32,000 nucleotides of DNA from Halogeometricum borinquense DSM 11551 (GTDB lineage Archaea; Halobacteriota; Halobacteria; Halobacteriales; Haloferacaceae). The DNA is taken from the NCBI RefSeq assembly GCF_000172995.2, contig NC_014732.1, positions 162,835 through 194,834 of the forward strand. The letters are read 5' to 3'. The notes under the pieces were generated by a model. That model had not been told where the DNA came from and ran no database searches. It worked only from the letters and a program-made list of their open reading frames with translations. Both the position numbers and the translations under genes were made by a program. Of the stretch, positions 1-9,087 are shown piece by piece (position 1 is the stretch's first letter; each line of letters opens with the position of its first letter).

Positions 1-1004
1 GTGTCCTCTTCGTCGCCTTCTGCGGTCGATGTGGACTCACCGGCGAGACGTGTCCGAACGCGCGGGTTGAACACGCGGTCGAGACCCTGCGCGAGAAGGA
101 TCATCGCAAGCGAGAGGCCCATGATTGCGACCATCGGAGCGATCAACCAGTAAGCGAGCGACGGGAGATAAAGCGCACCGCCGGTCGTGTAGGCGAGATT
201 CAGCGTGACACCCCAGTTCAGCGTCGAGAACGGGAGAATCCCGAGGAAGTACAACCCGACGGAGGCGAAGATCACGTACCGCGCAGCGTTGACGAAACTG
301 ACGAGTACGTACGGCATGAGGTTCGGGATGATATCTTTCGTCAGGATACGAGTCGTACTGACTCCCATCGTCCGCGAGGCTTCGACGTAGGAATTTCCGC
401 GGATGGTCAGAACTTGCGAGCGGATCGCACGACCGAGGCCTGCCCAGTAGTTGATGGTGATGAGGATCCCGATCAGTATCGGATTCTCGGGACTGAAGAC
501 GACCGCGAGAACCATGATAAGCGGAAGTCCGGGGATGGACATCGCAACGTCGGAGGCCGAGGTCAGCAGACGGTCGATTGATCCGCCTTTGTACCCCGCG
601 ACAGTTCCGATCACGAGCGCGATGCCCGTCGCCCAGATACCGCCGGCCGTCACCATAATCAGCATATCCGGCGTCGCGTGAATGATAAGCGCCGCAAGGT
701 CTTGTCCGGTCGCGGTGGTCCCCAACGGATAGTTCAAGTTCTGGAGCGGTGGAACGAATCGCGGAGCCTGATTCGTCGATGGATATCGCCAGACCCACGC
801 ACCGACCGTTCCCATGAGGATGTAGACGACGAGGAGAAGCGACCCGATTCGCGTCCGCCAATCGCTCCACGCGACGAGTCCCGGTTTGTAGATGAACTCT
901 TCGTAGAACTCGCTGAGACGCTCGCGTCGGCTGGTCTCGACGCTAGAGCTAGTTTCGAAGGTGAACTCACTTCCGTCAACTGTGTCTGTGTCAGTATGTT
1001 TCAC
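1..1004 (-). CDS. ABC transporter permease, DppC/OppC type (partial; C-terminal end runs off the window)
   Basis: This ORF is absent from the ORF track because it has no stop codon inside the window. My own minus-strand translation from GTG at 1004 gives VKHTDTDTVDGSEF...YKPGLVAWSDWRTRIGSLLLVVYILMGTVGAWVW...GQDLAALIIHATPDMLIMVTAGGIWATGIALVIGTVAGYKGGSIDRLLTSASDVAMSIPGLPLIMVLAVVF...RGNSYVEASRTMGVSTTRILTKDIIPNLMPYVLVSF. That is a multi-TM permease with an EAA-loop-like segment. It overlaps the stop of the upstream permease gene by 14 nt. An internal ATG start (MGTVGAW) is also possible. Confidence 0.85.
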   Translation of the reverse strand, partial: MKHTDTDTVDGSEFTFETSSSVETSRRERLSEFYEEFIYKPGLVAWSDWRTRIGSLLLVVYILMGTVGAWVWRYPSTNQAPRFVPPLQNLNYPLGTTATGQDLAALIIHATPDMLIMVTAGGIWATGIALVIGTVAGYKGGSIDRLLTSASDVAMSIPGLPLIMVLAVVFSPENPILIGILITINYWAGLGRAIRSQVLTIRGNSYVEASRTMGVSTTRILTKDIIPNLMPYVLVSFVNAARYVIFASVGLYFLGILPFSTLNWGVTLNLAYTTGGALYLPSLAYWLIAPMVAIMGLSLAMILLAQGLDRVFNPRVRTRLAGESTSTAEGDEED

Positions 1005-1995
1005 TAGAATCACCTGCGCTAACGCGGGGATCGATGATGCCGTACGTGAGATCCGCAATGTAGACTGCGAAGACGAGCGCCGTGGTGATGATGAGGAAGA
1101 TGCCCATCATCAACGGGTAGTCTCGCGCCTGCAACGCGTTGAACATGTACCAGCCCACACCGGGATATTTGAAGACGCGTTCGAGGATAACCGAGCCACC
1201 GAGGTTGAATCCGATGAGTGTGAGAAACGACGTGTACATCGGGAGAATCGCGTTTCGAGCCACATACCGAAGCGAGATGCGGTTATCCGAGAGGCCACGA
1301 AGGCGGGCGACGCGGACGTAATCCTCACCGAGAATCTGGATACTGTTACCACGCATCGTCAGCGCCTGCACGCCCGCCTGCGTGATGACGATGGAGATAA
1401 TCGGAAGCATTGCGTGTTTGAGAGCCGAGACGAAGAACGTCAGCGACAGTTCGGGGTCCACGCCCGACGCGACTTGGCCGCCGGTCGGGAAGACGTTGAG
1501 CTGATAGCCAAGAATGTAGACGAGTACGATGCCGAGAATGTAGAAGGGGAGCGACGACAGGATGATCGACGTGACGCTCATCGCGGAGTCGAACCGTGAT
1601 CCCTCTTTGTAAGCCTGCAACGCGCCGATCACCACACCCACTGCGAACATGAGGATCGTCGCCGTGACCATCACGAAGATAGTCCAGGGGAGTGCCTCGG
1701 CGATGATGCTGGTAACCGTCCGGTCGTACGTCATTGACTTGCCGAGGTCCCCTTGTAAGAAGCTCATCAGGTAGTCGAAATACTGGATATACACCGGTTG
1801 ATCCAACTGCACGTTCTGATACACCGAGACCAGTTCGTTCACCTGATCGGACGGAATGCCCTGCCGAAGGAGTTTCGCGCGAATCCGAGTCAGCGGTCCG
1901 CCGGGGAGGAGCCGAATCATGCCGAACGTGAGAGTGATCACTAACCAAACTGTTAGGATCGCACGGCCGGTTCGTTTGAGATAGTACGAGTTCAT
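991..1995 (-). CDS. ABC transporter permease, DppB/OppB type
   Basis: 334-aa ORF. The N-terminus MNSYYLKRTGRAILTVWLVITLTFGMIRLLPGGP is the classic DppB-type start. It has multiple hydrophobic segments and lies in an operon with the binding protein and second permease. Confidence 0.9.
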   Translation of the reverse strand: MNSYYLKRTGRAILTVWLVITLTFGMIRLLPGGPLTRIRAKLLRQGIPSDQVNELVSVYQNVQLDQPVYIQYFDYLMSFLQGDLGKSMTYDRTVTSIIAEALPWTIFVMVTATILMFAVGVVIGALQAYKEGSRFDSAMSVTSIILSSLPFYILGIVLVYILGYQLNVFPTGGQVASGVDPELSLTFFVSALKHAMLPIISIVITQAGVQALTMRGNSIQILGEDYVRVARLRGLSDNRISLRYVARNAILPMYTSFLTLIGFNLGGSVILERVFKYPGVGWYMFNALQARDYPLMMGIFLIITTALVFAVYIADLTYGIIDPRVSAGDSSETY

Positions 1996-2026
1996 GTGTT
2001 TCAGTAGCGTTGATGAGGTTGCTCCG

Positions 2027-3868
2027 TTACTCTCCTGCGTACGTCATGTCCCCTTGGCGGGGGAGCCAACTGCACGGCCATTTGGCGCTGTATTTGTCAG
2101 AACCTTCCGGCGGGAGATTCCATCCCTTACTACTGATCCACGATTGATTCTGTTTCTCGGCGATGGGAAGCATCGGAAGCTCCTGGTTTGCGACCCATGC
2201 GAGGTCGCGGATTTGAGTTCTCACTTTCTCTTCGTCAATCGTCTGTGCCAGTTGTTTGACCGCCGGTTTTAGCTCGACTGTTTCTGTGCCCGATCCGGTG
2301 CGTGACGGGACGGTGAGTTCTTCCGTGCCCGAGAAGCCCCACGTAATCGATGAGCCGGAACTCCCCGAGTACTCGGGGGTGAGTTGATGAGCGATCGGGA
2401 AGTACGGGAATGCCGAACGAGCGCCACCGGGCAACCAGTAGAACGAAGCCAGTGTGAAGTTCCCGTTGGACCAATCTTTCAACACCGTTCCGAAGTCCTT
2501 CGAGACGAGAGAGGAGTTGAAGCCAAAGGAGCTGAGTTGGTCGGCGGCGGTCTGCGCCGCGGTAACCCAGTCACTCCAGCCGCTGGGGACGAGAATGGGC
2601 AACTCGACGACACTGCCGCTGCTGTCTTTCCACTGACCGCCCTCCTTAGTGAGTCCGGCTTCCTCGAACTTCGCCTCGGCCTTGCTCGTCATCGTCTTGT
2701 CTGCACCGTAGGATTCGAACGTATCGATTTCGTCCCCGAGATACCGCTCCTGTTGGCTGGCGGCGATTGCCGTCGGTATCTCCGGGTAAATCTTCGAGTT
2801 CGGCGCTGCGTTGTTGACGATCTGTTTGCGGTTCAGGACGTACATGATTCCCTGCCGCATCTCCCGTTTGCCGAGGGGGGATTTGTTGTAGTTCGGCGCG
2901 AGACCGTATCCCCAGTTTGACGGGGGCTTCCCGACGCGCCAGTGGTCCGGAAGCTGATCAACGATACGCGAGGGCGTAAACAGGGTATAAGCCGCATCAA
3001 CTTTCCCTGATAAGAGCGCTTGCCACGTGGCCTGATTCCCGCCGGTGTAGTTCGACCGGTACCGTTCGAAGTTGATATTCTCCGCGTCGGGATGATCCGG
3101 ATTACGGGTGTAGATCGCCTGCTGTTTGTCTGCGGACTGTTTCTCGAATGCCCCGCAACCGAGCGGATCGGTCGGCGCGAACTCAGTGAGTTCCGCAATC
3201 GCCTTGTTCTCCTCCTCTTCGGACTCCGCTTCTTGAATTTTCTTCAGGTACTCTCCGTAGACGCTGTGCGGCACCGACGTGTAGTTGTACGCGATGGTGT
3301 GCTTGACGATAGTCGGATTCGTTTCCTGTGCGAGATTGATCACGAGTTTCGTATCGCCATCCATCTCGACCGACTCAGCGTACTGCCAGAGTTCCCCGCC
3401 GGTGTACTTCTGGAGTTCGAACTGCGTCTTGATGTCTCGCGACGTGACCGGGTCCCCGTTGAACCACGTCAGTCCGTCACGAATCGTGATCGTCGCCTGC
3501 TCGGGTTCGACTGTCCAGTCGGAGATTGCGTAGTGAATGAACTCGCCCTTCGCGTAGTTGAACTGCACGAAAAGGTCGAATACGTAATCGAGTCCGATCT
3601 GCGTGTAGTTGTTGGGATTGTACGGATTGAACTGGACGTTCTTGGGGATGAGGAAGTTAACGCCGTCCAGTTCGGCATCGTGAACCGTATCGCTACTACT
3701 CGGATCTGTGTTCGAACTCGTTTCACCATTCGTATCCGAGGTCGAACCGTCTTCTTGATCAGTCCCGCCCGAACAGCCGGCTAACGCGGTTGCTCCGGAG
3801 ACGCCAGTTAATTCGATGAAACGCCGTCGGCTAACGAGGCTACTATAGTCTGCTTGCTTATTCGCCAT
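2027..3868 (-). CDS. ABC transporter substrate-binding protein, family 5 (peptide/nickel/oligosaccharide type), Tat-lipoprotein
   Basis: Long ORF. MANKQADYSSLVSRRRFIELTGVSGATALAGCSG combines a twin-arginine motif with a lipobox Cys and is followed by a Ser/Thr/Asp-rich linker. I prefer the ATG at 3868 over the upstream ATG at 3892. It sits 31 nt upstream of the permease gene. Confidence 0.9.
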   Translation of the reverse strand: MANKQADYSSLVSRRRFIELTGVSGATALAGCSGGTDQEDGSTSDTNGETSSNTDPSSSDTVHDAELDGVNFLIPKNVQFNPYNPNNYTQIGLDYVFDLFVQFNYAKGEFIHYAISDWTVEPEQATITIRDGLTWFNGDPVTSRDIKTQFELQKYTGGELWQYAESVEMDGDTKLVINLAQETNPTIVKHTIAYNYTSVPHSVYGEYLKKIQEAESEEEENKAIAELTEFAPTDPLGCGAFEKQSADKQQAIYTRNPDHPDAENINFERYRSNYTGGNQATWQALLSGKVDAAYTLFTPSRIVDQLPDHWRVGKPPSNWGYGLAPNYNKSPLGKREMRQGIMYVLNRKQIVNNAAPNSKIYPEIPTAIAASQQERYLGDEIDTFESYGADKTMTSKAEAKFEEAGLTKEGGQWKDSSGSVVELPILVPSGWSDWVTAAQTAADQLSSFGFNSSLVSKDFGTVLKDWSNGNFTLASFYWLPGGARSAFPYFPIAHQLTPEYSGSSGSSITWGFSGTEELTVPSRTGSGTETVELKPAVKQLAQTIDEEKVRTQIRDLAWVANQELPMLPIAEKQNQSWISSKGWNLPPEGSDKYSAKWPCSWLPRQGDMTYAGE

Positions 3869-4005
3869 GGTTACACCTACCAATCGAAGCATGGCAAATA
3901 AGCATTACGCTAACAGGTCACAATACCATCTCGTTCGTCTCAGCACCTGTCCGCCTTTCGTACGGATATTATACGACGAACCCGCTTCGTACGCTCGCCT
4001 CACCG

Positions 4006-4320
4006 GTGAGGTCGTTCCTCGAAAGCCCCGAGGCGAACACTCTTGATGAAGGAGGCAAAGTGAACTTCATGAAACTGCCTGCGAAGTTCGGCTCTATCGT
4101 GTGCGATTACCAAGACCAGTTGCGGATCGGATTCATGCTCGGACTCCTCCTCCTCGTCTTCACGGTTCTTTCGTTCCCCTTCATCGAACCGGGGACTGCA
4201 GCGTACGCAATCATCCGTATCGATTTGATTCTCGTGTTGTTTCTCATCGTTGCCACTGGTGGCGCACACTGGTGTTGCATCCGGTACCGACAGCAGGTAG
4301 GAGAGTTCTCGACGAGTTGA
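4006..4320 (+). CDS. small hypothetical membrane protein (two predicted TM helices)
   Basis: The ORF has two hydrophobic stretches, IGFMLGLLLLVFTVLSFPFI and AAYAIIRIDLILVLFLIVATGGA. It starts at GTG 4006, and ATG 4069 (MKLPAKF) is an alternative start. The overlapping antisense ORF 4000..4356 is charged, low-complexity sequence typical of the reverse of a TM gene. Confidence 0.4.
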   Translation: MRSFLESPEANTLDEGGKVNFMKLPAKFGSIVCDYQDQLRIGFMLGLLLLVFTVLSFPFIEPGTAAYAIIRIDLILVLFLIVATGGAHWCCIRYRQQVGEFSTS

Positions 4321-4342
4321 TTGACGGGGGCAGACGGTCGTG

Positions 4343-5251
4343 CTATGCCCGTTCACGATCTAGCCAGTCGGCCGTCCGCACGGCCAGTTCCCGAAGGTCG
4401 CCGTTGTCGTACCGTTTTGCTGCGCTACGGAGTGGTTCAACGGCAGTCGCGGAACCGATGTGCCCGAGCGCCGTTATCGAGCGTGCTGCCACGACCTCGC
4501 TTTCACTGTCGAGACACTCGACGAGCGGCGGAACTAACGCCGCCGTGTCAACCGCCTCCATCTGACCGATGCGCCCGAGAATCTCTGCGGCACACGCGAC
4601 AACGTTCAGGTCTTCGGCCGTGAGCGCATCCATGATCGCAGGTGCGTACGGTGCGATAGCGGCCGGATCACGGTCGGCAATTTCGATGAGGAGATTCCCC
4701 GCGGTCGCTTGGACGCTGTACTGCTGGAACTGCTCACCGTGGCTGACCGCAGCGAACTGCCTTTGAAGCGGGTCAGCCATCGTCCCGGTGAGTTCTGTCG
4801 CCTCGCTGGTCGGGTCAGTGATGTCGGCTCTGAGTGCCTCCAGCAACGGCTCGGGGTGACTGGTGAACCACTCGGGATGCTCGGCACCGATTGTCTGGAC
4901 AGCCTTTGCGGCGAACAGTTGGACTCGTGGGAGGTCGTGAGTCAGCAATGTCGCCAACGTCTCCGTTGCCTCATTCAGTTCTGTCGGTTGCTGCTGTGCG
5001 ACGACGTTCAGTACCGTAACCGCTTTCAGCGCGACGTTGACGTTCTCGTCCCGCGCAGCCGTAACAATCGCCGGAAGGAGTGGAAGAACCACCTCGACAT
5101 CTTCATCTGCGAACGTCACACAGACTGCGGCCGCGCGGTCGCGGACGAGATTTTCGTCGTCGGTTAACGCCGCCCGTAAGGTGGGAATAGTAACGTCTCC
5201 CGGCGAGACGTCGTCCACATCGAGTTCCGTTATCGACTCTGTAGTGCTCAT
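4343..5251 (-). CDS. HEAT-repeat (PBS-lyase HEAT-like) protein
   Basis: Repeated helical units resemble HEAT_PBS repeats (CAAEILGRIGQMEAV, ARSITALGHIGSATAVEPL, VRDRAAAVCVTFA). The protein is acidic. I chose the ATG at 5251 (MSTTESITELD) over the ORF start at 5299. Confidence 0.8.
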   Translation of the reverse strand: MSTTESITELDVDDVSPGDVTIPTLRAALTDDENLVRDRAAAVCVTFADEDVEVVLPLLPAIVTAARDENVNVALKAVTVLNVVAQQQPTELNEATETLATLLTHDLPRVQLFAAKAVQTIGAEHPEWFTSHPEPLLEALRADITDPTSEATELTGTMADPLQRQFAAVSHGEQFQQYSVQATAGNLLIEIADRDPAAIAPYAPAIMDALTAEDLNVVACAAEILGRIGQMEAVDTAALVPPLVECLDSESEVVAARSITALGHIGSATAVEPLRSAAKRYDNGDLRELAVRTADWLDRERA

Positions 5252-5338
5252 CGCTCTCTCTGAGAGAATCGTATCAACCCAAATATAGGTGATGGTCAAA
5301 TCGGAAGAACAGATGCGAATCGAAAGCGGCCCCGTCGG

Positions 5339-6487
5339 TCACCACTCGGCGACGCTTCCGTCCGGATGCCGCCAAATCGGATTGTGCCAGTCAGTATCGT
5401 CCTGCGCTCGCGCGGCGATGGTGTCTCTGTCGGGCGTAATTCCGAGTCCCGGCTGGTCAGTCGGGATGAGATAGCCGTCTTCGAACTCGAATCCCGAACC
5501 GGCGAGGTAGTTCGATCCGTTGTTTCGACGGCCGGATTCGATATCGAAGCCTTGGTCCTGAACGAGAAGGTTCGGCGTGGCGGTACTCACCTGCAACGAG
5601 GCGGCGAGTGCTATCGGGCCGAGCGGACAGTTCGGTGCAACTGCGACGTTGTAGGCTTCGGCCATGCTGGCGATACGGCGCACTTCCGAGATGCCGCCAG
5701 CGTGTGAGACGTTCGGCTGGATGACATCAACTGCGCCGTCCTCAAAGAGCGGTTTGAAATCCCACCGCGAGTACATCCGCTCTCCAGTGGCGATGGGCAC
5801 AGTAGAATGCGTCGCAACGTTCGCCAACTGATCGCTGTGTTCCGGGAGTAGCGGTTCTTCGACGAACATCGGCCGAACGCTTTCGAGTTCGGACAGCAAC
5901 TGCTTTGCCATCGGCTTCGCCACGCGTCCCCGGAAGTCAACGCAAAGGTCAACCTCATCGCCGATTTCCTTCCGGACACCGCTGATCCGTTCGACGATTG
6001 TGTCGATGGCCGCTGGCGTGTCGATGTGCGCTGTTCGTTCGGTCGCGTCCATCTTGATGGCCGTGTATCCCGCGTTGACGAGTTTTTCTGCTTCTGCGAT
6101 GAGGTCTTCCGGGCGGTCGCCTCCAATCCACTGATAGACGCGAACCTTATCGCGCGCTTTCCCGCCTAAGAGTTCATAGACCGGCGCATCGTAGCGTTTT
6201 CCTTTAATGTCCCAGAGGGCTTGATCGATACCTGCCATCGCACTCATCAAAACGGGACCGCCGCGGTAGAACCCACCCCGGTACATCGCTTGCCAGTGAT
6301 CTTGTATCCGTTGAGGGTCCTTCCCGAGAAGGTAGCCGTCCATCACCTCAGTCACTGCGGTCTTGACGGTCTTCGCGCGACCCTCAACGATTGGTTCTCC
6401 CCACCCGACTAGCCCATCGTCGGTTTCGATCCGCAAGAAGAGCCAACGGGGCGGGACTTCAAACAACTCGTAGTCGGTGATTTGCAT
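5339..6487 (-). CDS. enolase-superfamily sugar-acid dehydratase (D-galactonate dehydratase family; could be a xylonate/arabinonate/gluconate dehydratase)
   Basis: MQITDYELFEVPPRWLFLRIETDDGLVGWGEPIVEGRAKTVKTAV...AGIDQALWDIKGKRYDAPVYELLGG is the typical DgoD-family N-terminus. Starting at ATG 6487 gives 382 aa, the usual family length. The upstream 112 codons of ORF 5339..6823 are Cys/Arg-rich and unlike a haloarchaeal protein. Confidence 0.92.
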   Translation of the reverse strand: MQITDYELFEVPPRWLFLRIETDDGLVGWGEPIVEGRAKTVKTAVTEVMDGYLLGKDPQRIQDHWQAMYRGGFYRGGPVLMSAMAGIDQALWDIKGKRYDAPVYELLGGKARDKVRVYQWIGGDRPEDLIAEAEKLVNAGYTAIKMDATERTAHIDTPAAIDTIVERISGVRKEIGDEVDLCVDFRGRVAKPMAKQLLSELESVRPMFVEEPLLPEHSDQLANVATHSTVPIATGERMYSRWDFKPLFEDGAVDVIQPNVSHAGGISEVRRIASMAEAYNVAVAPNCPLGPIALAASLQVSTATPNLLVQDQGFDIESGRRNNGSNYLAGSGFEFEDGYLIPTDQPGLGITPDRDTIAARAQDDTDWHNPIWRHPDGSVAEW

Positions 6488-6552
6488 GTGTTCGTCATTT
6501 AGCGTGAGAGAGATAAGGGTCGGGGTGAAATATCGGTCTGGACAGCGAAATA

Positions 6553-6573
6553 GTGTCCACAATAGATGGACAC
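6553..6573. promoter_or_regulatory. inverted repeat GTGTCCA-N7-TGGACAC in the dehydratase/IclR divergent intergenic region (candidate IclR operator)
   Basis: The arms 6553-6559 and 6567-6573 are perfectly complementary. Extra half-sites TGGACA (6539-6544) and TGTCCA (6626-6631) lie in the same 190-bp intergenic region. Confidence 0.45.
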
Positions 6574-6676
6574 AGTGAGTTCCAGAGCAATCTACTGAAC
6601 CGCGACGGCAGAACTGTCGGCAACATGTCCATAGATAGTGAACAATTATATTGGTTGGCCGTAAGTTGCTGGTACG

Positions 6677-7432
6677 ATGAAGGCCTCCAACACAGCGATG
6701 GTGGGTGCGACGGAGACATCCTTCGATATCCTCCAAGCGCTTCGAGAGCTCGGTGGCGCAGGGGTTACCGAGACAGCAGAGCACCTCGACATTCCGAAGA
6801 GTACCGCTCACAAGCACCTCCATACGCTGGCACAGTTAGGATACGTTACGAACGAAGACGGAACGTACGACCTCGGACTCCTGTTCGTCGGACTCGGGCA
6901 GTACGTTCAAGCGAACAGTGCGTTGGTCCAAGCGACGGGACCGGTCGTCGAGCGTCTCGCTGAGACGACCGAAGCGGTGGCCGGATTCTTTGTCGAACGC
7001 GGCGGTCGAGGCTTCGAGGTGAATCAAGTCACCGCTGGAACATCCCGCGACCTCGACGGCGGCCTCTCGAAATACCTCCATTCCACTGCGCCGGGAAAGG
7101 CAATTTTGGCGAAACTTCCCGACGAAAGAGTTGACGAAATCGTCGATCAACACGGCCTTCCGGCTCTGACGCCGCATACGATCACAACGCGGTCAGCGCT
7201 CGAAGACGAACTGGCGCGTATCCGGGACCGAGGAATCGCCTTCGACAGAGAAGAAAACCGAACAGGAATGCGAGGCGTCGCAATCCCGGTCGTCCACGAC
7301 GGCATTCGAGGAGCGATGTACGTCGTTGGCCCGCAACGACGGTTGACAGGGAAGTGGTTCAACGAGAATATCCCGGGAATCATCATCAGTTCCGTCAAAA
7401 CCGTCGAACAACGACTCCGCGAGCAGGACTGA
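6677..7432 (+). CDS. IclR-family transcriptional regulator
   Basis: The N-terminal wHTH is SFDILQALRELGGAGVTETAEHLDIPKSTAHKHLHTLAQLGYV. The C-terminal part resembles an IclR effector domain (GMRGVAIPV). The gene is divergent from the dehydratase gene. Confidence 0.9.
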   Translation: MKASNTAMVGATETSFDILQALRELGGAGVTETAEHLDIPKSTAHKHLHTLAQLGYVTNEDGTYDLGLLFVGLGQYVQANSALVQATGPVVERLAETTEAVAGFFVERGGRGFEVNQVTAGTSRDLDGGLSKYLHSTAPGKAILAKLPDERVDEIVDQHGLPALTPHTITTRSALEDELARIRDRGIAFDREENRTGMRGVAIPVVHDGIRGAMYVVGPQRRLTGKWFNENIPGIIISSVKTVEQRLREQD

Positions 7433-7763
7433 CGATGGTACGTGGATAGCCACCCCGCACATTACAGAACTAATTCTGTAATCTTGTGGCGGTTTTGTCG
7501 GAGACCAGTTTCGACTGTCAAGGAGTTCGCCTCGTGTCCACGAGTCGTGGACGAACTGGATAGGTTTCCGTGGTATGGGTCACGAGTGAGTGTTCTCACG
7601 CTGTGCTGGTCTCCTGAGACATAGTTCATCCACGCAACGTGGACAACCCTCGGCGTCAGTACTGGTGGTTCGAGAATGCGCTATATGACCTGATACGACT
7701 GAATACCCACCCTTCACGGTTGTTATGCGGTAGATTTTTTATCTCGGTTTGATACTGTTTGGT

Positions 7764-8735
7764 ATGACAACTAGTGTCGAAAGGCTAGTCAGTCGAGAGG
7801 AGATATTCGAGGGTATCGACGTTTGGAATCGTCAGCATCCCGACTTTCGAATCTCCGACGCACTTATCGAGCAGAATCTCTTTGCACCGCTTCCGGATAT
7901 CGAAGTCCGTTGCTATGGTGGATATGATGAACACGAACTCGTTTCGTTCGCGGTCCTCAAACAACTCGACAGTCCAGTACGGGAATTTGAGGACACTGAC
8001 ACGGCGTGGCTTTCGTTGTTCGCATTCGAACCAGACTCCGAACGAGCGCGAACACTCAGCAAAGATCTACTGACGACCGTCGTGGATAAACACGTCGCCG
8101 CTGACCACTCAACGCTACATTTCGGCTGTAGCCCCCAGAACTTTGTGTCTGGAGTTCCGTCAACGTTCCCGGAACCGTATCGAAATGTGCTTCGTGATGT
8201 TGGGTTCGAATCCCAACAAACAGTGTACGATCTGAGTCGAGCGATTACGAGGTTCGACGACCCGGCTACCGTAGAGTCGGTCGGACGCGAATTGGAGACG
8301 CTCCGTGTAGAACGGGCTACTGGATCCGAGGCAGATCTGCTGTCGTTCCTCGAAGATCAATTTCCGGGGCGCTGGTACTACGAAGCGCGCAATATCTGTC
8401 GTATCCCCGGTGGAGCGGCCGACTACTGGCTGCTCCGCTGGGACGGTGATGTTGTTGGCTTCGCTCGTAGTAATCGCTGGGATGGATCGTATCGGGGACC
8501 GAACGTCAACTGGGGATGGCGTTTGTCCAACGTGTACTGTGGTGTTGGCCCGCTCGGGATCCACGAAGAGCAGCAAGGTCGCGGATGGGGGTTGTTCATG
8601 ATCACGAAAATCGTACAGCGGCTGAAACAGGACGGATACGACACGATGGTTATCGACTGGACCGATATTCCGGGATATTACGAAAAGCTCGGGTTCGAAA
8701 GATGGATCTCTTACGAACGAATGGCAAGAGAATAG
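7764..8735 (+). CDS. GNAT-family acetyltransferase-like protein with an uncharacterised N-terminal region
   Basis: The C-terminal motif-A-like segment is IHEEQQGRGWGLFMITKIVQRLKQDGYDTMVIDWTDIPGYYEKLGFERW. I prefer the ATG at 7764 over the TTG at 7749. Confidence 0.75.
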   Translation: MTTSVERLVSREEIFEGIDVWNRQHPDFRISDALIEQNLFAPLPDIEVRCYGGYDEHELVSFAVLKQLDSPVREFEDTDTAWLSLFAFEPDSERARTLSKDLLTTVVDKHVAADHSTLHFGCSPQNFVSGVPSTFPEPYRNVLRDVGFESQQTVYDLSRAITRFDDPATVESVGRELETLRVERATGSEADLLSFLEDQFPGRWYYEARNICRIPGGAADYWLLRWDGDVVGFARSNRWDGSYRGPNVNWGWRLSNVYCGVGPLGIHEEQQGRGWGLFMITKIVQRLKQDGYDTMVIDWTDIPGYYEKLGFERWISYERMARE

Positions 8736-9087
8736 AATGCGCGAAATCAGTCTGTGTCTCTCAGTAACAGTAATACCGAATAAATATAATTAGACTTTTA
8801 GATTTGGTGCGAGTTTGTGAATTTCGGGATCAGATAGGCAAGTGGATACATCCCAAATATTGGAAACATATACAAATAGATTAGCCACACACAGCCACAA
8901 TTCTTAATTATTAAGTATGTATATTGTTCGAATACTATCTGCTGGTGAGAGATAGCTCGAAAACCCGAGTACTGTCTGCAAAGTAGTAGTATTGAGCAGA
9001 TATACGACCAGATAACGATGGTACTGGGTGAAATAGCCCTTTCTCAGAGGGTTGTCGGTCGTTTCGGATTCCAATTATAGGTTGAAC

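Noticed and set aside
37-870. 277-aa minus-strand ORF, the longest listed ORF in the first kilobase.
   Set aside because: It is Arg/Ser/His-rich with no hydrophobic segments and is not acidic. A different minus-strand frame, open to the window edge, encodes a clear DppC-type permease, so this ORF is an out-of-frame shadow.
4000-4356. 118-aa minus-strand ORF overlapping the small membrane-protein ORF.
   Set aside because: It is low-complexity sequence with a poly-Glu run, as expected for the reverse complement of Leu/Phe-rich TM codons. It would also overlap the HEAT-repeat gene terminus. The plus-strand TM protein is the more plausible reading, though itself low-confidence.
6488-6823. N-terminal 112-codon extension of the dehydratase ORF (5339..6823).
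   Set aside because: The extension is Cys/Arg/His-rich and overlaps the IclR promoter and start region. The family-typical N-terminus MQITDYELFEVPP begins at ATG 6487 and gives the canonical 382 aa.
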